From an uncultured Candidatus Kuenenia sp. (GTDB lineage Bacteria; Planctomycetota; Planctomycetia; Pirellulales; UBA1268): DNA of 64,000 bases. Location: assembly GCA_964581055.1 (NCBI GenBank), contig CAZOMJ010000076.1, forward strand, positions 3,059-67,058. Direction: 5' to 3'. A program made the translations under genes and the position numbers. Positions within the stretch are counted from its first letter, which is position 1; each line of letters opens with the position of its first letter. Shown piece by piece: positions 56,705 through 64,000 of this stretch. The notes beneath the pieces are model-generated. The model was not told where the DNA came from, searched no databases, and saw only the letters and a program-made list of their open reading frames with translations.

Positions 56705-58279
56705 TCACGCGAGCCCGTGCGCCGCGCCGTACCGCCGCCAGAGGCTTTCCACGAGCCACCGGGCCGACACAGGCTCTCCAGTGGCCCGCTCCACGAGCGA
56801 GGCCGAATCGAACTGCCGCCCGTGGGCATGCACCTGCTGCCGCAGCCAGAAGAGCAGCCCCCCAAAGCGGCCTGACGCGATGTCGCCGCCCATATCGGGC
56901 ACTTGCCGGGCGGCCGCCGCCATCAACTGGGCGGCGAAAATGTTGCCCAGCGTGTAGGTGGGAAAGTAGCCGATCAGTCCGGCGCTCCAGTGGATGTCCT
57001 GCAACACGCCCTCCGCGTCCGACGGCGGACGGAAGCCAAAGTCCCGGGCAAACCGCTCGTTCCATGCCTCGGGAAGATCCGCGACGGTCATGTGGCCGTG
57101 CACGACGGCGCGTTCCAAATCAAACCGCATCATCACATGGAGGTTGTAGGTGACCTCGTCGGCATCCACGCGGATCAGCGACGGACGCACCACCATGAGC
57201 GACTGCTGCACGCCAGCCGCGGTGGCATCGGACAGTGCCTGCGGAAACGCCGCCCGCGCGATCGGAAAGCACCATTCCCAAAACTCTGGAGAGCGGCCGA
57301 CGAGATTCTCCCACAGCCGCGACTGCGATTCATGGATGCCGAGCGACGCCGCTTCCCCCGGTGGCAGGCCATACCACTCGGTAGGCAGCCCCTGCTCGTA
57401 GAGCCCATGTCCGGCCTCGTGCAACACGCCATAGAGCGCAGTCGGAAGCGCGTGTTCATCCCAGCGGGTGGTGATGCGGCAATCATCCGGTCCCACGCCC
57501 GAGCAGAACGGATGCTCGGTGGTATCGAGACGTCCTCGTTGAAAATCGAAACCGATCCGTGACGCGACCTCGCGAACGAACCGTTGCTGGTCGGCCACCG
57601 GGTAGCTTCGACGCAGGATGGCGTCGTCTGGCCGCCGCGCTGCGCCTGCGCACGCCTGCACCAGCGGCACGATCTCGGCACGCAGCGCGCTGAACTGCGA
57701 GGCAATCGTCGCCCAGCACCCACCTGGCTCGTAGTCGTCAAGCAGGGCATCGTAGGGATCGGCACCGGGCATCTGGCAGGCAGCCAGTTCGCGTTTGAGA
57801 TCGAACACCTGCCGGAGCCAGGGTTTCAGGGTCCTCCACGACGATTCGGCGCGGGCGGTCACCCATGCCTGCTGGGCCTCGACACAGGTCTTGGCCAGCG
57901 CCCCCACCAGCCGCTCCGGCACGCGGGCGTGCTTGTCGAAGTCCTTGCGGAGCAGGCGGATAGCGGCGCGGATCTGCGGGGATCCCTCCTGAGCCAACGG
58001 CCCAGTCGCCAGCGTGGCCAACTGCTCGCCGTATGCCGGATCGGATCGCTGTCGATGGACGAGGGTCGCCACCGCCTCCGCCTGGGCGGCCCGATGAACC
58101 GCGGCCTTCGGCGGCATCATCGTCTGTTCATCCCACCCCAGCAGCGATTCCACCGAAGCCAGCACGGCGGCCTGTCGGGCGTGTGCGCAGACGCGGTCGA
58201 AGAGCTGCTCTTCGCTGGTCTTTTGGCTGGTCTTTTCGCTGGAGTTTTGGCCGGAGCAAACGGACGGGTGCGGGTTCAT
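56705..58279 (-). CDS. Carboxypeptidase, family M32 (Taq-like)
   Basis: 'WDEQTMMP', 'RLDTTEHPF', HEXXH 'HEAGH', 'HESQSRLWEN', 'GVLQDIHW' and 'GYFPTYTLG'. Confidence 0.94.
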   Translation of the reverse strand: MNPHPSVCSGQNSSEKTSQKTSEEQLFDRVCAHARQAAVLASVESLLGWDEQTMMPPKAAVHRAAQAEAVATLVHRQRSDPAYGEQLATLATGPLAQEGSPQIRAAIRLLRKDFDKHARVPERLVGALAKTCVEAQQAWVTARAESSWRTLKPWLRQVFDLKRELAACQMPGADPYDALLDDYEPGGCWATIASQFSALRAEIVPLVQACAGAARRPDDAILRRSYPVADQQRFVREVASRIGFDFQRGRLDTTEHPFCSGVGPDDCRITTRWDEHALPTALYGVLHEAGHGLYEQGLPTEWYGLPPGEAASLGIHESQSRLWENLVGRSPEFWEWCFPIARAAFPQALSDATAAGVQQSLMVVRPSLIRVDADEVTYNLHVMMRFDLERAVVHGHMTVADLPEAWNERFARDFGFRPPSDAEGVLQDIHWSAGLIGYFPTYTLGNIFAAQLMAAAARQVPDMGGDIASGRFGGLLFWLRQQVHAHGRQFDSASLVERATGEPVSARWLVESLWRRYGAAHGLA

Positions 58280-58356
58280 GCCGGAGAGTATGCTGTCGAG
58301 CGGCCGACCGGGCAATCAGCGGTCGCGCGAGACGAATCCTTGCAAAGGCTGCGTAG

Positions 58357-59040
58357 ATGCTCGACGTGCTCGTGATCGCACCGCACCCGGACGATGCCGA
58401 ACTCGGCATGGGGGGCACCATCGCGCTCATGCAGGCGCAGGGACTGAGGGTGGGCGTGCTCGACCTCACCGATGGTGAACCGACGCCGAGAGGATCGCGG
58501 GAGACGCGGGCTCGAGAAACGGCAGCCGCGACCGCGGCGCTCGGGCTCGCATGGCGTGAGAACCTTGGCCTGACCAATCGGCGGCTACGGGCGACACTCG
58601 CCGCCCGTGCCTCGCTCGCCGGCGTCATCCGCCGCGTGCGTCCGCGCTGGCTCTTCGCGCCTCACTGGGTCGATGCCCACCCCGATCATGTCGCCGCTAC
58701 GAAACTGGTGGAGGCAGCGCGGTTCTGGGCCAAGCTCACGAAGTGCGATCTCCCCGGTGACCCATGGCATCCGGAACGGATTTACTACTACTGGTGCGTG
58801 CATCTGAAGCTCGTCCGGCAGCCGGCCTTCGTGGTGGACACCACCACGACATGGGACACAAAACGGGCAAGCCTGGACTGCTACGCCAGCCAGTTTGACC
58901 AGACCGCCCCCAGGCCCACGGTGCTCGACAGGGTCGAGGCGGCTTCCCGGTGGTGGGGTGCAACGATCGGCACGCTCCACGGCGAGCCGTTCTCATCGCG
59001 GGAACCGGTCGCCCTCCGAGGCTTTGCCGACCTGTTTTAA
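58357..59040 (+). CDS. bshB1: PIG-L family deacetylase, BshB1-like
   Basis: 'APHPDDAELGMGG', 'DLTDGEPTP' and 'DAHPDH'. Confidence 0.8.
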   Translation: MLDVLVIAPHPDDAELGMGGTIALMQAQGLRVGVLDLTDGEPTPRGSRETRARETAAATAALGLAWRENLGLTNRRLRATLAARASLAGVIRRVRPRWLFAPHWVDAHPDHVAATKLVEAARFWAKLTKCDLPGDPWHPERIYYYWCVHLKLVRQPAFVVDTTTTWDTKRASLDCYASQFDQTAPRPTVLDRVEAASRWWGATIGTLHGEPFSSREPVALRGFADLF

Positions 59041-59326
59041 CCGCACGAAAAAGGTCCGTTGCCTCTCCCGAGATGCTTCGGCGAGAGGATCACGAGCTTT
59101 TCGGCCGCCCCGGCCACCGCGAGGGAACTCATACCGTCCCCGAGCCAATCCCGAGCCAATGCGGGGGACAGCACCAAGCGACACACGAGCGGGGGTTTGA
59201 GCGAGATGGCCGGATCGCGGCGACCGGGCGGGGCCACGCAGGAAGGCTGGACGGGCCTCGCATCGCCTGCCGATAGGCCTTTAGGTAGGCCGTGGGTGCG
59301 GCCGCTCGGCCTGCAGGATGCGGCGC

Positions 59327-59560
59327 ATGGCTTCCCGTGACATCAACGTCATCGCCCTCGTCAAGGGCGGAGAACGCTACGTCTTCCTCTACGACGACGA
59401 CAGCCGGGAGGAAACCCTCCGGACGCTCGCCAGGTATGCGTCGAATCCAGACCTGAGTTTTTCCTGGTACGACGCGGCGATGCTGGGGCAGAAGATCCGC
59501 GGGAGCACATCCCACAGCCGCCGTCACCGCTTCGCCCCCCGCGCCGACCGCCCGGCCTAG
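59327..59560 (+). CDS. Small conserved hypothetical protein of planctomycete type
   Basis: 'DINVIALVKG.ERYVFLYDD..R.ETLRTL.RYASNPDLSFSWYDAA.L.QKIR'. Stop 9 nt before xerC. Confidence 0.75.
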   Translation: MASRDINVIALVKGGERYVFLYDDDSREETLRTLARYASNPDLSFSWYDAAMLGQKIRGSTSHSRRHRFAPRADRPA

Positions 59561-59569
59561 GCTTTTCCG

Positions 59570-60499
59570 ATGGCACCGCACTCGTCGGCATCGGGAGATG
59601 GCTTCTCGGGAGCGATCGACCGGTTTCTCCGTTTTTTGGCCGCCGAGCGAGGGGCGTCGCCGCTGACGCTCAAAAGCTACCGGGAGGATCTCCGTCAACT
59701 GGAAGAGTTTCTCCGGTCGGCAGGCTGTCGGACGCCGGGAGAGGCTTCCAGCGTGATCCTGCGCCGGTTCGCCGCCGGCCTGCATGCCGCCGGCTATGCC
59801 GCCTCCAGCGTGGCTCGCAAGTTGGCCAGTACCCGCAGCTTCTATGCGTTCGGGCAGCGGGAGGGCTGGGTGCCCGCGAATCCCGCCAAGCCGCTGCGCA
59901 GCCCCAAACGCTCGCGCAAGCTGCCGAAGTTTCTGACGGGCGAGGAGATCGGCCGGCTCTTGGCCGCCCCCAAACCAGCCAGGGCTGGCGGCCTGCGTGA
60001 TCGGGCGATTCTGGAACTGATGTACTCGTCGGGCGTGCGTGTCCGGGAACTGGTGGGCCTCGATGACGCCGATCTAGACGTCCGCGGGGGCACCGTCCGC
60101 GTTCGCGGCAAGGGCCGACGCGAACGGCTGGGAATGGTCGGATCGCACGCTCAAGCCGCCCTCCAGGCATGGCTCGCAGCCCGCCCACGGCCGGCGATTG
60201 CCCCGCCCCGAGGGGCGCCCCGTCCCCTGTTCACCAACCGGTTCGGCGGCAGGCTGTCGGTTCGCGGGGTGGCCAGGCTGCTGGAGAAGCATCTCGCCGT
60301 CGCGGGGCTTTCGCGTCGGGCAAGCCCGCACACGCTCCGCCATAGTTTCGCCACCCACCTGCTCGATGCCGGCGCGGACATTCGCAGCGTGCAGGAACTT
60401 CTCGGCCACAAGAGCCTCGTCACCACGCAGATCTACACCCACGTGACGACCACCCGGTTGCTCGACGCCTTCGACAAGGCGCATCCCCGGGCGAAGTGA
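59570..60499 (+). CDS. xerC: Tyrosine recombinase XerC
   Basis: Catalytic residues in 'SSGVRV', 'GKG', 'HTLRHSFATH', 'LGH' and 'TQIYTH'. About 309 aa with N-terminal SAM-like domain. Confidence 0.88.
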   Translation: MAPHSSASGDGFSGAIDRFLRFLAAERGASPLTLKSYREDLRQLEEFLRSAGCRTPGEASSVILRRFAAGLHAAGYAASSVARKLASTRSFYAFGQREGWVPANPAKPLRSPKRSRKLPKFLTGEEIGRLLAAPKPARAGGLRDRAILELMYSSGVRVRELVGLDDADLDVRGGTVRVRGKGRRERLGMVGSHAQAALQAWLAARPRPAIAPPRGAPRPLFTNRFGGRLSVRGVARLLEKHLAVAGLSRRASPHTLRHSFATHLLDAGADIRSVQELLGHKSLVTTQIYTHVTTTRLLDAFDKAHPRAK

Positions 60500-60516
60500 G
60501 GCAGACCTCAGCTTCT

Positions 60517-60571
60517 CGCGATTGAGAGGAGTTCGCGATTCAGACGAGGCCGCGATTTAGACGAGGCCGCG
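60517..60571. repeat. 17-bp-period tandem repeat duplicating the regulator's stop region
   Basis: cgcgattgagaggagtt / cgcgattcagacgaggc / cgcgatttagacgaggc. Confidence 0.75.
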
Positions 60572-61189
60572 GCGGACAGCCCAGACGGCGGCCTGCGTAC
60601 GGTCGCCGACAGCGATCTTCCGCAGAATGTTCTGAACGTGCTCCTTCACCGTCTCCACGCTGATCGTCAGCGACTGGGCGATCTCCTTGTTGGAGAGTCC
60701 CAGAGCCATGTGCCGGAGCACCTGGGTTTCCCGCTGCGTCAGCGGGATGTCCGGATCGGGCGTCGCCACGCGGTTGGCCATGGTTGTGGCCACCCGGCGG
60801 AGTTCACCAGCCTTCATCGGCAACTGGCCTGCGGCCGCTCCGGCGATCGAGTGGATGAGTTCGGCTCGGGTGCAGCCCTTGAGCATGTAGTCGTGGGCAC
60901 CAGCGGCCACGGCGCGGGCCACATAGGTGGGGTTGTCGAAGGTCGAGAGCATCACCACCTTGACCGCGGGCATGTCGGCACGGATGCGTTCGAGCGCTTC
61001 CAACCCGTCCTTGCCGGGCATGCGGATGTCGAGCAGCACGACGTCAGGCTTCAGTTTGCGGGTGAGTTTGACGGCCTCGTCGCCGCTGGCGGCTTCACCG
61101 ACGATTTTGACTTCCGAACCAGCGAGCAGGCTCACAAGGCCCCGGCGAACCACCTCGTGATCATCGGCAATGACTAATTTGATGGACAT
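60557..61189 (-). CDS. NarL/LuxR-family response regulator
   Basis: 'IADDHEVVR', 'LLDIRMP' and HTH 'LTQRETQVL..MALGLSNKEIA..L.IS.ETVKEHV'. Start at MSIKLV. Confidence 0.93.
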   Translation of the reverse strand: MSIKLVIADDHEVVRRGLVSLLAGSEVKIVGEAASGDEAVKLTRKLKPDVVLLDIRMPGKDGLEALERIRADMPAVKVVMLSTFDNPTYVARAVAAGAHDYMLKGCTRAELIHSIAGAAAGQLPMKAGELRRVATTMANRVATPDPDIPLTQRETQVLRHMALGLSNKEIAQSLTISVETVKEHVQNILRKIAVGDRTQAAVWAVRRGLV

Positions 61190-61408
61190 CTGCGTTTCAA
61201 ACCTTTTCGCGGTCTTCGCGAGAGTGCTTCCCGTCGCGTCTCCGAGTGGCACACGCTGAGTGAATCGTAACAAATCAAGTTTTTTGAAACAACCGGCGAC
61301 CATCGAGATTATCGAACTCGATCCACCTGTTGACGGGGGATACTGTCGCGAAGTCGGGGCAATCGGCCAACCACCCACTTTGGTGGCAACCCCTCTTTTC
61401 CGGAGGAT

Positions 61409-62404
61409 TCACGCGTGCCCAGCCCGTGCACGCATGCGGAGCAACATCGATTCGGCTCCACGCGCGAGCAGCATCTCCGCCAGTTGTTTCCCCAACGACT
61501 CCGACTGCCCGGACAATGCCCGTCGATCGCCGTCCACAGCAGCCGCGCGGACCGTGGCCGTGATTCTGGTCACGCGGTCGCCCGTATCCTCGAGGACACA
61601 CCCTCCCAACTCGAGCCGCCCATCGTCGGCATGGCGCCCCCAGGCTCCGATGGGGGCCAGACAGCCGCCCGCCAGGGCGGCGAGACAACTCCGCTCCGCA
61701 CGTACGGCCTGATGCGTCGCGAGATCGTCGAGCGGGTCGAGTGCGAGACGCATCCGACCATCGTCGTCTCGGATCTGGATTCCCAGAGCACCCTGTGAGA
61801 CCGCCGGCCAGAAGGCATCGGGCCGCAGTACGTGCGTGATCCGGCTGCCCAGCCCCAACCGCTCGAGGCCCGCCCCAGCGAGAATCAGGCAGTCGTATTC
61901 GCCGGCATCGAGCCGGCGGAGCCGCGTATCGACATTGCCACGGATGGGACGGACGACCAGGTCGCCGCGAAGCGATTTCACCTGAGCGACCCGCCGCACA
62001 CTGGACGTGCCCACCACGGCGCCGGACGGCAGCGATTCGAGCGTGCAGGGCTCCCGCGCGACGAGCACATCGAACGGCATGGCCCGCACGGGCACGCAGG
62101 CCACGGTCAGCCCGGGCGTTTCCTCCGTGGGCAGATCTTTCAGGCTGTGCACGGCGGCGTCGATCCGTCGCTCCAACAGGGCCCGCTCCAGTTCGCGGAC
62201 AAAAACGCCGTCCCCGCCGATCGCCGCGATCGGCACGTCGGCACGCGCATCCCCCTGGGTGGAAACCGTCACGACCTCAACCGCATGCCCATGGCTGCGG
62301 AGTTGTTCGACCACCCAGCCGGTCTGTGTGCGGGCCAGAAGACTGGCCCGGGTGCCTACCCGAATCGGGTCACTCTGCCGAGTGGGTTCTGAATGCGTAT
62401 GCAT
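61409..62404 (-). CDS. hemC: Hydroxymethylbilane synthase
   Basis: 'GTRAS.LA..Q', 'DAAVHSLKDLP', 'GTSSVRR', 'RGNVDTRL' and cofactor Cys in 'GGC'. Confidence 0.95.
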   Translation of the reverse strand: MHTHSEPTRQSDPIRVGTRASLLARTQTGWVVEQLRSHGHAVEVVTVSTQGDARADVPIAAIGGDGVFVRELERALLERRIDAAVHSLKDLPTEETPGLTVACVPVRAMPFDVLVAREPCTLESLPSGAVVGTSSVRRVAQVKSLRGDLVVRPIRGNVDTRLRRLDAGEYDCLILAGAGLERLGLGSRITHVLRPDAFWPAVSQGALGIQIRDDDGRMRLALDPLDDLATHQAVRAERSCLAALAGGCLAPIGAWGRHADDGRLELGGCVLEDTGDRVTRITATVRAAAVDGDRRALSGQSESLGKQLAEMLLARGAESMLLRMRARAGHA

Positions 62405-62584
62405 GCCTGCGTATTGCTCCTGACTGCCGCGATCGACGCTCCAAGGAGTCCTGGGTACCGGAGCGCGCGTTTGAGCGTCTCCGAGCCAAGCGGCCTCCAC
62501 GCCCACTGGCCCCGCCGAGGAGCCGCTCTGCGAGCGATGGTATCCAGGGACTCCGAACACCGCCCCGAGTCTACCCGCAGAAAC

Positions 62585-63379
62585 CTAGCGGTCATCGTTG
62601 CTTCGGTCGGCCTTGGCCACGACCGCCACGTCGACGGTCGCTGCGCCGGCGGCCACGAGCGCCCGGCAGCAGGCGGACAGGGTCGCCCCCGTCGTGACGA
62701 CGTCGTCCACCAGCAGAATCCTCTCGCCATCGAGCCGGCGGCGGCCGCGAAAGGCCCCCCGTACGTTGAGCGGCCGGTCCTCAATCGGCAGTTCGTTCTG
62801 CATCCGCGTGGCCCGCTGCCGCACGAGCGCCCGGCTGTGGGGCAGCCCCAGCAAGGAGGCGATCCGCAGCGACAACTCATCGGCGGCACTTGTGCCGCGG
62901 ATCGACCGTCGCAGCCAATGCATCGGGACTGGCACGACCCGACCGACTCCCCAAGAGACCAGCGTATCCCCGTGCTTGCGGACGATCAGCGACGCCAACG
63001 CGGCCGCCACGTCATCCCCCGCCGGACGCTTGGCACGCAGCACCGCCTCGCGAAGACTGCCGGCATACGACGACAAGACCGCGATCTGACGCCAGTCGTG
63101 GGGCCGCTGCGGACAGCGTCGACAGCCGTCGGTCGCCCCGCCGGCTTCGCCACACAGCCGACAGCGGCCGCTGTCGGCTGACAACTCCCGCGCGCACATC
63201 CCGCAGACCGTGGCGGTCCACGATTGCGCCGAGGATGATGGCCCGGGTTCCGACGCCGCCACCAGATCCTCGGCGGAGTGTTCGCGGCGGCAGATCGGAC
63301 ACCGTGGCGGATAGAGGAGATCGAGGCCGCGGGCCATCCAACGGCTGGCCTGAGCGTGCAGCGATCGAGCCCATTCCAT
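62585..63379 (-). CDS. comF: ComF family protein (double zinc ribbon + PRTase-like domain)
   Basis: CxxC pairs, 'VPVPMH..R...RG' and 'LLVDDVVTTGAT'. Start placed at MEWARS. Confidence 0.88.
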   Translation of the reverse strand: MEWARSLHAQASRWMARGLDLLYPPRCPICRREHSAEDLVAASEPGPSSSAQSWTATVCGMCARELSADSGRCRLCGEAGGATDGCRRCPQRPHDWRQIAVLSSYAGSLREAVLRAKRPAGDDVAAALASLIVRKHGDTLVSWGVGRVVPVPMHWLRRSIRGTSAADELSLRIASLLGLPHSRALVRQRATRMQNELPIEDRPLNVRGAFRGRRRLDGERILLVDDVVTTGATLSACCRALVAAGAATVDVAVVAKADRSNDDR

Positions 63380-63604
63380 AGCCGTGCCTCTGCTGCTGCG
63401 AATCATGGCCGCCATGCTGCGGTGCGAATCCAGGCTGTTTGAGGCCTCTGCCGCGGCGGTTTTGCGGTCAGAGTCCAGGTTGACGCTCCGAGCGGACCGG
63501 CGTACCCTCCGCCGCCCCGCGGGCACAGGCCGCCGCTGGCCCAAGATGCCCGTGTCGTGTCACCGGGTCAATCGTCCGCCACGGCCGCAATCCGTCAAGC
63601 GTTC

Positions 63605-64000
63605 ATGCTCATAGACCGCTACATCACCCGGGCGCAGCTGCACGCGTTCATGATCGTATTCGTGAGCCTGGCCGGGCTGACGTTCGTGGTCGATGCGTTC
63701 ACCAACATCGAGGAATTCATCGCCCACGCCCCGGAGTCGGGCGGCCTGGCACAGGTGCTGGGAGCCTACTACGGCTACCGGCTGATCTCGTTTTTCGACG
63801 CCACGAGCCCGGTGATCTCGCTGGCCAGCGCCATGTTCGCGCTCTCGTGGCTGGAGCGGCACAACGAGCTCACGGCACTCCTCGCTGCCGGCGTGACCCG
63901 TTGGCGCATTGCCCGCCCGACACTGGTTTTTGCCGCCGTGGTGAGCCTGCTCGCCATGGCGAATCGGGAACTCGTGTTGCCGCAGATACGGCACAACCTC
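63605..64000 (+). CDS. LptF/LptG family permease, 5' part (runs off window; not in ORF track)
   Basis: Manual translation: MLIDRYITRAQLHAFMIVFVSLAGLTFVVDAFTNIEEF...RHNELTALLAAGVTRWRIARP...NRELVLP. Confidence 0.85.
   Translation, partial: MLIDRYITRAQLHAFMIVFVSLAGLTFVVDAFTNIEEFIAHAPESGGLAQVLGAYYGYRLISFFDATSPVISLASAMFALSWLERHNELTALLAAGVTRWRIARPTLVFAAVVSLLAMANRELVLPQIRHNL

Noticed and set aside
59570-60499. Integrase responsible for the tRNA-Arg islets
   Set aside because: It lies 37 kb away among housekeeping genes and has XerC-like size and motifs.
1-64000. CRISPR array, rRNA, prophage structural genes
   Set aside because: No regularly spaced repeat-spacer array, rRNA-like sequence or phage genes were seen. 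The tRNA-derived repeats are irregularly spaced.

Overview
GC-rich bacterial window, most likely from a planctomycete (inferred from Tat-leader oxidoreductases, an S1 sulfatase, a giant TPR protein and planctomycete-type hypotheticals). It has four parts. (1) 1-13.2 kb: a glycan synthesis and decoration locus with two standalone sulfotransferases, a pyruvyltransferase, a GT14-like enzyme, a 1839-aa sulfotransferase/coiled-coil/repeat/GT4-GT2-GT4 fusion, a TylF-type O-methyltransferase and an AlgI/AlgJ-like O-acetylation pair. (2) 13.2-22.3 kb: a mobile-DNA graveyard around tRNA-Arg(UCU), with three downstream copies of the tRNA 3' end. It also holds IS3, IS256 and group II intron remnants, a dead DUF433/DUF5615 toxin-antitoxin pair, and cargo (sulfatase, exported beta-carbonic anhydrase, AraC plus sugar oxidoreductase/isomerase). 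(3) 23-35 kb: one co-oriented PDH+OGDH cluster (lpdA-aceE-aceF-sucA-sucB-lpdA). (4) 35-64 kb: HTTM protein, tRNA-Leu(UAG), giant TPR protein, lpxA, a complete WspA-F-like chemosensory operon with no WspR, then mostly housekeeping genes (amidase, M32 peptidase, bshB1, xerC, NarL-type regulator, hemC, comF, partial lptF/G). Best candidate for an undescribed system: the giant protein, whose layout parallels WbbB/WbdD chain-terminator-plus-ruler enzymes but with a sulfotransferase as the putative capping domain. All family assignments come from motif recognition by eye; no database searches were run.
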